Positions 35,153 to 45,289 of a stretch of 64,000 nt of DNA are shown here, in pieces; position 1 is the stretch's first letter, and each line of letters opens with the position of its first letter. Source of the stretch: Mollicutes bacterium Phil14 (GTDB lineage Bacteria; Bacillota_I; Bacilli_A; ML615J-28; CAG-698); assembly GCA_001940985.1 (NCBI GenBank), contig MSHB01000022.1:35393-99392 (forward strand), read 5' to 3'. The position numbers and the translations under genes are program-made. The notes under the pieces are model-generated. The model did no database searches and was not told the origin of the DNA. It was given only the letters and a program-made list of their open reading frames with translations.

Positions 35153-36694
35153 TTATATTTTATATATATCTGTAATATCATTTTCAATCAATAATATTTT
35201 TTCTTTTTTAATACCTTTATATATATCAAATCCTTCATTAAAACTATTAACAATAGCTACATTATCATAACCTAATTCTTCTAAACCCTTCTGAATATAA
35301 CTTGATGCTTTATTTTTAACTAAAATTACCATATCACAAGATTCTTTTATATATTTAGCAAGAGAATAGTTAATTTCTTCTTCTAATTTGCCTCCTTCAA
35401 CAATCCCCGGAGTTATTAAAACTTTGTATGAGTCAAACATCTTCAAAGTATCTAAGGCATTCCTAAATCCGACTTTATTAGAGTTGTAACTATCGTTTAA
35501 CACAAGCTCATCATAAAAGTATTCTAATTTCAAACGGTTTTTCTCTCCATCATACATTAAAATTCCTTTTTCAATTGAACTTTTTTTAACATTAAAAACC
35601 TTTGCCATAGCTATTGCACACAAAATATTATAAATATTATGCCATCCTAAAATTTTAGTCACAATAGAATAATTTTCATCTCGACTAATCACTTCAAACT
35701 TTAGTCCTTCGCGATTATAGACAATATTTTGTGCCTTAAAATCGGCGTTTTCGTTTATTGCTACAGTTATTTTGTTTTTATATTTTTCTGATTCTTTTTT
35801 TATATTTTTATCATCTATATTTAACACTACTTTTTTAGTACTACTTGCTAAAAGCATTTTCTCATTAATTATGTTATCTAAACTTTTAAAAGTTTCTAAA
35901 TGCTGTTCTCCTATCGCAGTAACAATACCATAATCAGGTTTTACCAAATCAATCAAACGTTTTATATCATTTTTTTCACTAGCACCAAATTCAAAAATTG
36001 CTACCTCTGTATTTTTACTCATATTTTCATTAACACTTAAACAAATACCATTTAAAGTATTATAAGACTTTTCAGTTCTAAATGTTATAAACTCTTCTTT
36101 TAAAATATTATATAAAATTGCTTTTGTTGAAGTTTTTCCATAACTACCAGTAATTGCAATCTTTTTACAACCAATACGCTTTAGTTTTTTCTGACATTTT
36201 ACTTTATAAAACAAATATATTCCTTTTTCTATTGGTAACATTAAACAAGAAGATATAAAAACTAAAATGTTTTCAAATAAAATCAAAATAATAATAGCAG
36301 ATAACAACTCTTTAAGATTAAATTTCACTAATATCAAAGTCGCTAAAAGACTATTCACTATTAAAATTCCAATATATAATCTTATTATTCTTGTTGTGAA
36401 CTTTAATTTAACAATCTTTTTTTCTTTTTTTTTCAAAACTAAAAATAAAGAACCTATCAAGACAAACAATATCATTCCGTATATCTTATCACTTATAAAT
36501 ATTAATGGAATCATTGCTAAAAACAAATAGTTTTTATTTTTAAATTTATAATAATCCTTAAATATTTTTTTATAACCAGACAAATGATAATGAGCTTGTT
36601 GGTAGATTTGTAAAATATCATTAGTTATTCTTACTAAAACTAAAACACCCATCACAATTGATAAATATTCTAATATATTTCTTAATATTTCCAT
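35153..36694 (-). CDS. murF: MurF-like Mur ligase (UDP-MurNAc-tripeptide--D-Ala-D-Ala ligase family) with an unusual roughly 170-aa N-terminal transmembrane region.
   Basis: 513 aa. Residues about 1-170 are hydrophobic helices. The Mur ligase central domain follows with KIAITGSYGKTSTKAIL and TEKSYNTLNGICLSV (compare MurF TEGNxNNxIGxPLT), then a C-terminal domain. The usual N-terminal UDP-MurNAc-tripeptide-binding domain is absent. Confidence 0.65.
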   Translation of the reverse strand: MEILRNILEYLSIVMGVLVLVRITNDILQIYQQAHYHLSGYKKIFKDYYKFKNKNYLFLAMIPLIFISDKIYGMILFVLIGSLFLVLKKKEKKIVKLKFTTRIIRLYIGILIVNSLLATLILVKFNLKELLSAIIILILFENILVFISSCLMLPIEKGIYLFYKVKCQKKLKRIGCKKIAITGSYGKTSTKAILYNILKEEFITFRTEKSYNTLNGICLSVNENMSKNTEVAIFEFGASEKNDIKRLIDLVKPDYGIVTAIGEQHLETFKSLDNIINEKMLLASSTKKVVLNIDDKNIKKESEKYKNKITVAINENADFKAQNIVYNREGLKFEVISRDENYSIVTKILGWHNIYNILCAIAMAKVFNVKKSSIEKGILMYDGEKNRLKLEYFYDELVLNDSYNSNKVGFRNALDTLKMFDSYKVLITPGIVEGGKLEEEINYSLAKYIKESCDMVILVKNKASSYIQKGLEELGYDNVAIVNSFNEGFDIYKGIKKEKILLIENDITDIYKI

Positions 36695-36720
36695 ACATTT
36701 CCTTTCAAATTACCTATATT

Positions 36721-36802
36721 ATAGCAGCCATTTTATTTATCGCCAATAAAATTCAAAAGAATAGATAAAAACTTCTCTTTTTCATCCATATAACTAAAAT
36801 GC
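36721..36802 (-). pseudogene. Remnant of an alpha/beta-hydrolase gene: the last about 25 codons only (...WHFSYMDEKEKFLSILLNFIGDK*). It is homologous to the C-terminus of the intact gene at 40751..41515.
   Basis: About 90% nucleotide identity to 40755-40817. The translation matches the C-terminus of the 254-aa hydrolase (GHFSYIDEKEKFLSILLNFICS). Confidence 0.6.
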
Positions 36803-36895
36803 CACAAGATTTTAAATTATTAAAAAATAAATTTCTTTTATATTAAATATTATGTGATTCGTTATTACTTATGATTAAAATATATTAAAATATGT
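36721..36895. repeat. Direct repeat, copy L. It fuses the 3' end and the 5' UTR/promoter region of the alpha/beta-hydrolase gene with the gene body deleted.
   Basis: 36747-36802 matches 40759-40817. 36847-36895 matches 41518-41565 (AAATATTATGTGATT...TACTTATGATTA...). Copy R surrounds the intact hydrolase gene. Confidence 0.65.
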
Positions 36896-36926
36896 TATTC
36901 ATCAATCAATTTGATAGCATCTTTAA

Positions 36927-38723
36927 CTATTCATCAGCATTTTCAATTATGTATCTTTTATATTGTGATGTATACCATTTTTTATATAATCCATTTTTAT
37001 TAAACAATTCATTATGATTCCCAATTTCACACACCTTGCCATTATCTAAAATTATTATTTTATCAGCTTCCTTAGAATTAGCTATCATATGAGAAACTGT
37101 CAATGAACTTACTTCACCTTTTTCATTATAGATATTTCTAAATATCTTATCTTCTGTATAAATATCCAATGATGCTGATGGTTCATCCAAAATATAGTAT
37201 TTATTGTTAGTAAAATATGTTCTTGCCAAAGAAGTAAGTTGCCATTGTCCACCAGACATTTCGATTCCATCATCATAATATATACCAATAACTGTATCAA
37301 TTCCTTTTTCCCATGTAGAAACCAAATCAAATATTCCACTTTTCAAACAAGATTGTTTTATTAATTCATCATTATTTATTTCATTAAAATTTGATAAGGC
37401 TATAATTTCTCGAAAAGGAAGAGAATAGTTTATATAGTTTTGAAATAAAACAGCAAACTTTTTTCTAATAGTAGAAAAGTCATAATCATAAATATTTTTA
37501 TCATTTAATAAAATACTACCTCTCTCTATTTTATAAAAACACAACAATAATTTTATAATTGTTGACTTACCTGATCCATTGCTTCCTAACAAGGCAACTT
37601 TTTCTCCTGGTTCAATAGTAAATGAACAATCTTTCAAAACATAATAATTGGTATTTGGATATTTAAACCATACATTTTTAAATTCAATTTTGGGAATTGA
37701 TTTATCTTGCTTTAAACAACCTTTTTTTTCATACAAAATATTTTCATTAAAAAAATCATTTACAATAGAAACGTTATTAACATCATATAAAAAATTATTA
37801 AAATCAGAAAATATCAAATTTAAATTATCTTGAAAGTTAGTAATAATTCCTAAATAATACGATATTAAAGCAATTGTGATAGTTCCAATTTTGTACTGTT
37901 GTACAAAGACAATCAAAGAAAAAATATAGATCAATATTCCAAAAAATCTAACAAAATCGGAACTTCGGCTCTCTTTATTTTTAAAATGAAATTGATTATT
38001 ACTTAACTCGCTTTCTAGCGTTTCTATCTTTTCATAAAAAAAATCTTTATTATTAAACATTCTGGTTTCATAATTTGTAATTTTATTTTCTATAATTCCT
38101 TTATAATATAATATTTTTTTTGAAATTTTTTGAACGTTATTTGTATGTTCATTCTTCTTCTTAACCATATAATTACTTAAAAAAATTAATATTGGTAATG
38201 CTAATATAGCAATAATAAAGATACCTATATTTATCTTAATTAACACTAATATTAGCATGATTGAAGATATAAAATCACTTATTAAACTCAAAGTATTCCA
38301 TCCAATATCAGCAAAGTCATCATACTTACTTCTAATAAATTTCATTTTATCATTTAATGAACATTCTTCATAATATCTTTGATCAATGTTCCTCATTTTT
38401 TTTATAATATTTTTTTCTAAAAAAAACATCATATTCTCATTATATCTATCATTGATATAAATGTCGACTGGATTTAATACTTTTTTAAAAGAATATGCAA
38501 ATATCAATAACAAAGACAAAATCACAATTTCTTTATGAACCACATTGTTAACTTCAAATTGCGAAATTATATTACTTAAAATCTTAGAATAAAATATCCC
38601 ACTAAACGTAAATAACAAAGATATTACAATTTTAAGTATACAAAAAAAGGGACTTGCTAAAAAAGAAATTTTAACAGATTTCAATAATTCAATTATTTTT
38701 TTCTTCATTTGACCCTCCATCAA
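36927..38723 (-). CDS. ABC exporter, fused transmembrane domain plus ATPase (second subunit of a heterodimeric pair).
   Basis: 598 aa. Six N-terminal TMs then an NBD with LLGSNGSGKST, LSGGQWQ and ILDEPSASLD. Confidence 0.85.
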   Translation of the reverse strand: MMEGQMKKKIIELLKSVKISFLASPFFCILKIVISLLFTFSGIFYSKILSNIISQFEVNNVVHKEIVILSLLLIFAYSFKKVLNPVDIYINDRYNENMMFFLEKNIIKKMRNIDQRYYEECSLNDKMKFIRSKYDDFADIGWNTLSLISDFISSIMLILVLIKINIGIFIIAILALPILIFLSNYMVKKKNEHTNNVQKISKKILYYKGIIENKITNYETRMFNNKDFFYEKIETLESELSNNQFHFKNKESRSSDFVRFFGILIYIFSLIVFVQQYKIGTITIALISYYLGIITNFQDNLNLIFSDFNNFLYDVNNVSIVNDFFNENILYEKKGCLKQDKSIPKIEFKNVWFKYPNTNYYVLKDCSFTIEPGEKVALLGSNGSGKSTIIKLLLCFYKIERGSILLNDKNIYDYDFSTIRKKFAVLFQNYINYSLPFREIIALSNFNEINNDELIKQSCLKSGIFDLVSTWEKGIDTVIGIYYDDGIEMSGGQWQLTSLARTYFTNNKYYILDEPSASLDIYTEDKIFRNIYNEKGEVSSLTVSHMIANSKEADKIIILDNGKVCEIGNHNELFNKNGLYKKWYTSQYKRYIIENADE

Positions 38724-40479
38724 ATTTTTTCATTTGAAAATTGTAAAAATTATAATATTCACCCTTGCGAGACATTAACTCACTATGTGTGCCTTCTTCA
38801 TAAATTTTTCCATCTTTAAGCAAAAGTATTTTTGAAGACATCTTCCCCACAAAAATTCTATGAGATATTAAAAAAACTGTATGCTCATTAGATAATTCTG
38901 AGTATTTTTTAAACAATCGATCCTCAGCTTCAACATCTAAAGAAGCTGATGGTTCATCTAAAATAATGATATCTGATTTCTTAAAGTTCATTCTTGCTAG
39001 TGCTAATTTTTGCCATTCTCCTCCTGATAATTCTCTCCCATTATCATCAAATTTTTTAGAAATATTAGTCTCTAAATCTCTGTCAGAAAAAACATCTAAT
39101 AAATCAGCATCTTTAATAGCTTTTAATATATCTTCATCATTATTAATATTTTTCAAATCGCTTATGGCGATACTTTCTCTTAGTGACAACGAATACTTCC
39201 CAAAGTTTTGAAATAATGTCCCGATTTTTTCTCTTACAGAAGATAAATTATATTTCTCCAATTCTATTCCATTAATTTTTATACTGCCAGATAATGGTTT
39301 ATATAGTCCTAAAATTAATTTTACAACCGTACTTTTACCAGAACCATTTGTTCCAAGTAGACAAACTGTATCTCCTCTGTTGACTTTAAAACTAACTCCA
39401 TTAAGGACTAGTTGACTAGAGTTAGGATATTTAAAATACACATCATTTAATTCTAAAGTTTTGAAATCTTTCAAACAAATCCCTTCACTTGTATTATAAT
39501 TTCCACCTTGATTAATAAATTTGTAATATTTATCGTAATATAAAAAGAACCTATAACTTTGCCCCAAAACATTATTAACAAAACCTATTGAATATACATA
39601 TACCAACGAAACTATTGATACATAAAATTGTATATCACTAATAGCTATTCCATTATTAAATGCTTTTGTAAAAATTCTAATTATAACAATTCCAAAAGGT
39701 ATAATTGGTATTAATTTTATAATAATAGACAATATCATATTTTTTCTTGCTAACATTTCATTTTTATCTATATATTCTTTTTTCTCACAAAAATATTTCT
39801 TCTCAATATACTCATATGAATCGTATAATTTCATATCCCTAATAGGCACCCCATCTGTTAACATCCATCTATAATAAGCTGTTTTTCTAATGTCCGGTAT
39901 CATTTCAATATGCCAATCATCTAATTTTTTACCAAATATGAAACTTATAATTGAACAAGGTATAATTGAAACAATAAATAATATACCACCATAAAAATCA
40001 TATCCAATTAAAACATATGAATAATAAAAAAATATAATTATGCTTGTAACTTGACTCACCATAAGTAACGGGGAATTAACCATAACATTTATAGATCTTT
40101 TTATAGTCGCAATAATATTATAATACCTTGGATTTTCTAAGCATTCACAATCAATGGTCAATAACTTATCATAAAAAACTTTTTGAAAATGTCTTTTAAA
40201 ATTAAAATTAATTTTGACAGTTATTAATCTTTTTATACGTTTGAATATATAAGTTAACAAAAACGCGGCAACAATTAGACATATATATACATATATAATA
40301 TCAAAATCATTTGTTAAAAAACTATCAATTATTTTTTTTACTATTAATGTATCTATATAAGGACATACATATATAGCAAATGATAAAAAACAATATGACA
40401 AAAATAATAATTTGTTTTGAATAAATATAAATTTAATTATATAATTAATTTTTTTTATTTTTTTCAATACTACCTCCAA
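38689..40479 (-). CDS. ABC exporter, fused transmembrane domain plus ATPase (first subunit). Overlaps its partner by 35 nt.
   Basis: 596 aa. Six TMs then an NBD with LLGTNGSGKST, LSGGEWQKLALAR and ILDEPSASLD. Confidence 0.85.
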   Translation of the reverse strand: MEVVLKKIKKINYIIKFIFIQNKLLFLSYCFLSFAIYVCPYIDTLIVKKIIDSFLTNDFDIIYVYICLIVAAFLLTYIFKRIKRLITVKINFNFKRHFQKVFYDKLLTIDCECLENPRYYNIIATIKRSINVMVNSPLLMVSQVTSIIIFFYYSYVLIGYDFYGGILFIVSIIPCSIISFIFGKKLDDWHIEMIPDIRKTAYYRWMLTDGVPIRDMKLYDSYEYIEKKYFCEKKEYIDKNEMLARKNMILSIIIKLIPIIPFGIVIIRIFTKAFNNGIAISDIQFYVSIVSLVYVYSIGFVNNVLGQSYRFFLYYDKYYKFINQGGNYNTSEGICLKDFKTLELNDVYFKYPNSSQLVLNGVSFKVNRGDTVCLLGTNGSGKSTVVKLILGLYKPLSGSIKINGIELEKYNLSSVREKIGTLFQNFGKYSLSLRESIAISDLKNINNDEDILKAIKDADLLDVFSDRDLETNISKKFDDNGRELSGGEWQKLALARMNFKKSDIIILDEPSASLDVEAEDRLFKKYSELSNEHTVFLISHRIFVGKMSSKILLLKDGKIYEEGTHSELMSRKGEYYNFYNFQMKKFDGGSNEEKNN

Positions 40480-40565
40480 ATTTTTTTATTAATGTAAGAA
40501 TACTATACTTTAAAAAAAGACCCTTGATTAACTCAAGAGTCATAACATTTTAATTGATTAATATT

Positions 40566-40634
40566 TTAAAACAAACATACCACAAAGAGATATGATTGAT
40601 AGGAAATTAAAATTGTTGATGACTCTTTTTTCAT
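40566..40634 (-). CDS. Small ORF (22 aa, MKKESSTILISYQSYLFVVCLF) with a strong ribosome-binding site, immediately upstream of the ABC exporter pair.
   Basis: AAAAAGGAGGTATTTGAT precedes the ATG. It lies between a consensus-like promoter and the ABC genes. Not in the ORF track because it is below the length cutoff. Confidence 0.3.
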   Translation of the reverse strand: MKKESSTILISYQSYLFVVCLF

Positions 40635-40687
40635 ATCAAATACCTCCTTTTTGGATATTTTTTTAAAATATATTTACTTATGTCTAA

Positions 40688-40716
40688 ATTCTATCACATT
40701 AATAAATAAAATGCAA
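40688..40716 (-). promoter_or_regulatory. Sigma-A-type promoter (TTGCAT, 17 nt, TAGAAT) for the small ORF and ABC exporter pair.
   Basis: Minus-strand TTGCATtttatttattaatgtgaTAGAAT about 50 nt upstream of the small-ORF ATG. Confidence 0.5.
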
Positions 40717-40750
40717 GATTTTTGTATTCTAAAGTTATCATACATCTTAA

Positions 40751-41515
40751 CTAAGAACAAATAAAATTCAAAAGAATAGATAAAAACTTCTCTTTTTCAT
40801 CTATATAACTAAAATGCCCACCACGATAAAAAACTTTCATTTCACTTCCGTTGATTAAATTATTCATTGTTTTGCTATCATTTAGAGGTACTTCTTTATC
40901 AAAAACGCTTCCAATAACTAAAGTTTTACATTTAATCATTTTCATTTCTTTCTTTAAGTCCTTTTTAACAACTTTTTTAAAAGTGCCTCTCATATTATAT
41001 GAAAGCATATTATAATCCCTTGATCCATTTTTTCTAATAAAACTATCATAATTTTTATTATTAAAAACATAAACCATTAGTTTTTTTATCTTGTATAAAT
41101 AAAGCTTTGAGTAATACTTAAAATTATGGTGGCAAATGCCAGCAGCATTAACTAAAACAATCCCCTCAACGTTAAAACTGCTAGCATATTTAATTGCTAC
41201 TCTTCCTCCAAAAGAATGTCCAACAAGTATAACTTTATCAATTTTTTCTTCTTTTATTAATTGGTGCAAGTGATTACTATAATCATCTACACCTATTGCT
41301 TTGTTTGGTTCATCACTTAAACCAAATCCTAAAAAGTCAACATTATAAATATTATACTTTATCCCACTTTCTTTTATTTTTTCAATAACATAATCAAAAG
41401 TATTATGGCTTTGACCCCATCCATGTAAAAAAATAATACTTAGAGAATCATCACTATCTAGATGTTTCTCATAATACATATCACCATTTTTTGTTTTTAT
41501 ATATAAATCTCTCAT
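40751..41515 (-). CDS. Alpha/beta-fold hydrolase (esterase/lipase family).
   Basis: 254 aa. GHSFGG nucleophile elbow (GxSxG), with IFLHGWGQS near the N-terminus. Confidence 0.8.
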   Translation of the reverse strand: MRDLYIKTKNGDMYYEKHLDSDDSLSIIFLHGWGQSHNTFDYVIEKIKESGIKYNIYNVDFLGFGLSDEPNKAIGVDDYSNHLHQLIKEEKIDKVILVGHSFGGRVAIKYASSFNVEGIVLVNAAGICHHNFKYYSKLYLYKIKKLMVYVFNNKNYDSFIRKNGSRDYNMLSYNMRGTFKKVVKKDLKKEMKMIKCKTLVIGSVFDKEVPLNDSKTMNNLINGSEMKVFYRGGHFSYIDEKEKFLSILLNFICS

Positions 41516-41600
41516 ACTAAATATTATGTGATTAATTGCTACTTATGATTATAAAATATATCAAAATAAATAAAAAGGACTTTTTAAGCCCTTTATATTG

Positions 41601-43703
41601 TCATTCATTCTTTTTAAACAAACCATATTTTAAAACCTTATCATTAAAATCTTTATACTTTAAAACAGTATCGATTGCATCTTGAGGTTTTATTATTGGA
41701 TATCCACTATAGTTCTTATCATAACATACTTCCTTAGAAACACCAGAAATAGTTACACCATCTAAAATGATATCCATATTCCTTGGGTTATATCCATATG
41801 TGACTTCGTCTGATAAAATATCAACACCGAAACTATATTTATTATCTAAATTAAATAAATTAGATATTGTTCTAGATATTGAATTATGACTTCTTACTAA
41901 ATGATATGGTTCTAAAGAAAATTCTGTTGTTTCACTACCATCATAGATAATAAATGGTACTTCAAGTAACATTCTTCTTTCAATAAGCTCTTGATATTCA
42001 TTTCCCTCTTCAAGCATATCATTAATGTCATTACTTAAGATATCTTTGTTTTCATAAAACATATTATATATATCTATTCCACATCCATGATCGCCATACA
42101 TAATAACAACAGTATCTTCTAATAATCCTGTTTCTTCTAATTTTTTTAGCGCTTTACCAATTGCAAAATCGCTATATGAAGCATGTTCTAAATATGCCAT
42201 ATATTGTTCATCAATTGCATTATATCCTAAAGGAAATATTCTTTCCTTTTCTAAGAACATATTTTTACCTTCATCAGTTAATAACCCTTTATCACTAAAG
42301 CTCATTTCATATGGCATATGACAAGAAATAGTTATTGCAAAATTGAAAATCGGCTTATTAAGTTCATCTCTTTTTTGCTTCATAAGTTCTATATTGTATT
42401 CTAAAAAGTCAACATCATTAACCCAAGTATGCACTAATCTATTTTCATCATATACTCCTACACTTTGTAATACTCTTTCATCAATATGTTCATTAAACCC
42501 ATATAGTGTTGGATGTAATGTGCTTCTTAAATAGAATGTACCAATATTAGCATGAGATGAATAACTATAATATCCCTTTTGGTTAAATAACTTAGGAATT
42601 GTTTCATAATCTGTGTTTTCAGCATATTCATAAACAGTATAAGAATATCCAGTCGGATAAAGACCTGTCAAAACTGTAAACTCAGCATCACTAGTATTAC
42701 CAATTCCTACAGTTGTATAGTAATTATCAAAGTAAGCACTCGATGTTTTTTTAACTAATCTATTTAAATTAGGAGTAACTTCTTTTATTTCCCCATTAAC
42801 ATTAACCTTAAGGCCAATCAAAAAGTTATTCATCGATTCGATTTGAATTAGAAGTAAGTTCTTCCCTTCAAACACTCCTTTATATTTCTTATTATTTAAC
42901 TCTTCTTTGACTTCATCAGTTAGATATTTTTCAAGTTCGCTAGAAACATTTTTAATTTTATCATCAGTAGGATTTTTATCACTAAAGAACAAATAATCAG
43001 CTACTTCATAGAAATAATAATTAACTACTCCAATAGTTTGAACACCTTCAGCAACCAATTTTAAATCTTCATAACCTTTTTGTTTTGTTTCTCCTCGATA
43101 AAATGCTGTTGATGATACCATAGAAATAATACCAAAAACAATTAATGCAAAAGCTAAATATAGTCTTTTTGTTTCTCCAATCAATTGATGACCTTTAACT
43201 TGAGGAGACACTTTAATTTTCTTATGAGCAAAAACAAACCAAACAACTATCAATATTAAAAGTGGTAACATAAACAAAAATTGTGCATTTCTAATAAGCG
43301 TTAACAAAGAAGAAAGCAAAAAGATAAATGCATCTCCACCACTATCTCCAGAAAATGATTTCAAATTCCAAATTGAAGGGAATGTTTTGTAATAAGAATA
43401 ATACACACTTATTACTAACATAAAAAAGGAAGTTATTCCAGTTACCCATATTAAATACTTTCCTGCTCTAATGTCACTTTTAAATATAAAAATAGCAAAT
43501 CCCAAAGAAAGAATTAAAAATCCTAAATCGCCAAAAAAACATGATAGAAAAGTGGCAAAAGTTTTAGGTAAAACCAGCATATCACGAACATATATCTTGC
43601 TATTAATCACATATAAATTTAAGAAATTCAATAATAAAAACAGCCCTATAAATATAATTTTAAAACCATTTTCACTTTTAAGGAAATTTTTAATCTTTTC
43701 CAT
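41601..43703 (-). CDS. LTA-synthase-family (LtaS-like) sulfatase-superfamily membrane protein.
   Basis: 700 aa. Five N-terminal TMs followed by a large extracytoplasmic alkaline-phosphatase/sulfatase-fold domain (architecture of LtaS/YfnI). Confidence 0.75.
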   Translation of the reverse strand: MEKIKNFLKSENGFKIIFIGLFLLLNFLNLYVINSKIYVRDMLVLPKTFATFLSCFFGDLGFLILSLGFAIFIFKSDIRAGKYLIWVTGITSFFMLVISVYYSYYKTFPSIWNLKSFSGDSGGDAFIFLLSSLLTLIRNAQFLFMLPLLILIVVWFVFAHKKIKVSPQVKGHQLIGETKRLYLAFALIVFGIISMVSSTAFYRGETKQKGYEDLKLVAEGVQTIGVVNYYFYEVADYLFFSDKNPTDDKIKNVSSELEKYLTDEVKEELNNKKYKGVFEGKNLLLIQIESMNNFLIGLKVNVNGEIKEVTPNLNRLVKKTSSAYFDNYYTTVGIGNTSDAEFTVLTGLYPTGYSYTVYEYAENTDYETIPKLFNQKGYYSYSSHANIGTFYLRSTLHPTLYGFNEHIDERVLQSVGVYDENRLVHTWVNDVDFLEYNIELMKQKRDELNKPIFNFAITISCHMPYEMSFSDKGLLTDEGKNMFLEKERIFPLGYNAIDEQYMAYLEHASYSDFAIGKALKKLEETGLLEDTVVIMYGDHGCGIDIYNMFYENKDILSNDINDMLEEGNEYQELIERRMLLEVPFIIYDGSETTEFSLEPYHLVRSHNSISRTISNLFNLDNKYSFGVDILSDEVTYGYNPRNMDIILDGVTISGVSKEVCYDKNYSGYPIIKPQDAIDTVLKYKDFNDKVLKYGLFKKNE

Positions 43704-44358
43704 ATGATTTCAACCTCACTTTCTCAATCAAAAAACGATTTAGCAAAATAAAAACTAATATAACAAAAAATATAATTAGATTTGCTAAACTCGTACTATT
43801 AATTTTTTCTAAAAATACTATTAATAATACAGAAAAAAGCAATATACAAAAAAATGCTACTTTAGAGTTCAATTTTAAAAGTCCTAATAAAAATCCTACT
43901 AAACATGATAATGCTAATAGTTCCATCAAAAAAAGCAATCCCTTTTCAGCAAATATCTTAAATACTGATGCATGCACACCACTAAAATAGTCATCAACCA
44001 AAACATAAAACAAGCTTAAGAACAATGTAATAATAATAACTTGCCCAATTTTTTTAAATGAATCATAAAAGATTTCTTTTCTAGTCAAACCAAAGCATAA
44101 TTGAAACTTAAATGATTTCTTCCCTTGAGAATAAGTATAAGTAATGCCGCCTAAGATTGCACTTATATACAAACTTCTAATCAAATCATAAGAATCAACA
44201 ATAGTATTACCTCTATTAATATCTCTTAAAAGAACTATAGAAACTAAAATTAGTGAACATATAATAATAATTATCGCAATTAGTTGCACATAATACAAAT
44301 CAAATATCGTTTTTTTATTCTTTGGCATATGCTTCACCTCGATATTTGTCAATATCAT
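43690..44358 (-). CDS. Polytopic membrane protein, function unknown.
   Basis: 222 aa with about six hydrophobic helices. Overlaps both neighbours (operon with 44315..45151 and LtaS-like). Confidence 0.5.
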   Translation of the reverse strand: MILTNIEVKHMPKNKKTIFDLYYVQLIAIIIIICSLILVSIVLLRDINRGNTIVDSYDLIRSLYISAILGGITYTYSQGKKSFKFQLCFGLTRKEIFYDSFKKIGQVIIITLFLSLFYVLVDDYFSGVHASVFKIFAEKGLLFLMELLALSCLVGFLLGLLKLNSKVAFFCILLFSVLLIVFLEKINSTSLANLIIFFVILVFILLNRFLIEKVRLKSYGKD

Positions 44359-45151
44359 ATATTGATATTACTTTATATTTTATTTTTCTCTTATCAAAAT
44401 CTTTTAATTCTTCTTTTGAATAATCATTCAAACATATAACATTATTATAAATGCCATTACAAATAATATTTCTTAATCTAATGTTTTCTTCTATAACAAT
44501 CAAAGTATCACTACCATTTACTAAAAGCACTTTATTATCTCTTGTAAAAAACAATACTTTATCAAGATATCCTTTAAAGTTACTAATATTATCAAGCTTT
44601 AAAATAACATTATTATATCTAGTTTTATTAGTTATCTCTTTAACTATTATATCTTTTCTTTCATCGAGCACTTTATAAGTTGGATTAGATATAATTAAAT
44701 TCTTTTTATCAATACAATTAAGAAGTGAAAAGTTTACTAATGTATTACCTACCTCACTAAATTTATATTCAACATCAACAGTTGTCTCTTGACGTATTTT
44801 AAATTCTTTTATCCACTTCTTAAACTTATCTTGATCAAACTCAATTTGAAATCTATTAATAAAATTTTCAGCAATAAATTCTTTTTTTAATGTATTAGTA
44901 TATACTAAAGAAAAATCTAAAAAAACTCGATTTTTAAAGTAATTCAAATTATCAAAAACATCTTTCCCTAAGTTTTTACAACTCCCACATTTTTTATTTA
45001 TGCTATTTATCCCACTAATAATAAATAAAAACTCATCAATCTTTTTTTCTTGAATTACATCACTATATATCCCTATTACTTCTCTATCGAAGAAAGATAT
45101 ATTAATAGTAGTATCTTTTATTATTAAATTTTCAATTTCAATATAAGCCAT
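44315..45151 (-). CDS. Hypothetical cytoplasmic protein (278 aa).
   Basis: Long ORF with no recognisable motif. Co-oriented and overlapping the downstream membrane protein gene. Confidence 0.45.
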   Translation of the reverse strand: MAYIEIENLIIKDTTINISFFDREVIGIYSDVIQEKKIDEFLFIISGINSINKKCGSCKNLGKDVFDNLNYFKNRVFLDFSLVYTNTLKKEFIAENFINRFQIEFDQDKFKKWIKEFKIRQETTVDVEYKFSEVGNTLVNFSLLNCIDKKNLIISNPTYKVLDERKDIIVKEITNKTRYNNVILKLDNISNFKGYLDKVLFFTRDNKVLLVNGSDTLIVIEENIRLRNIICNGIYNNVICLNDYSKEELKDFDKRKIKYKVISIYDIDKYRGEAYAKE

Positions 45152-45289
45152 ACTCTCACCTTAACAAATATATTTTACCATTTTTCATTTGAAAAATAAA
45201 GCCTTTTAATCTCAAGTGACAAATTAAAGGCAATTGTAATAAAAAAAGTTTATATATCAATTTAGAAAATATATAAACTTTCATGATAT

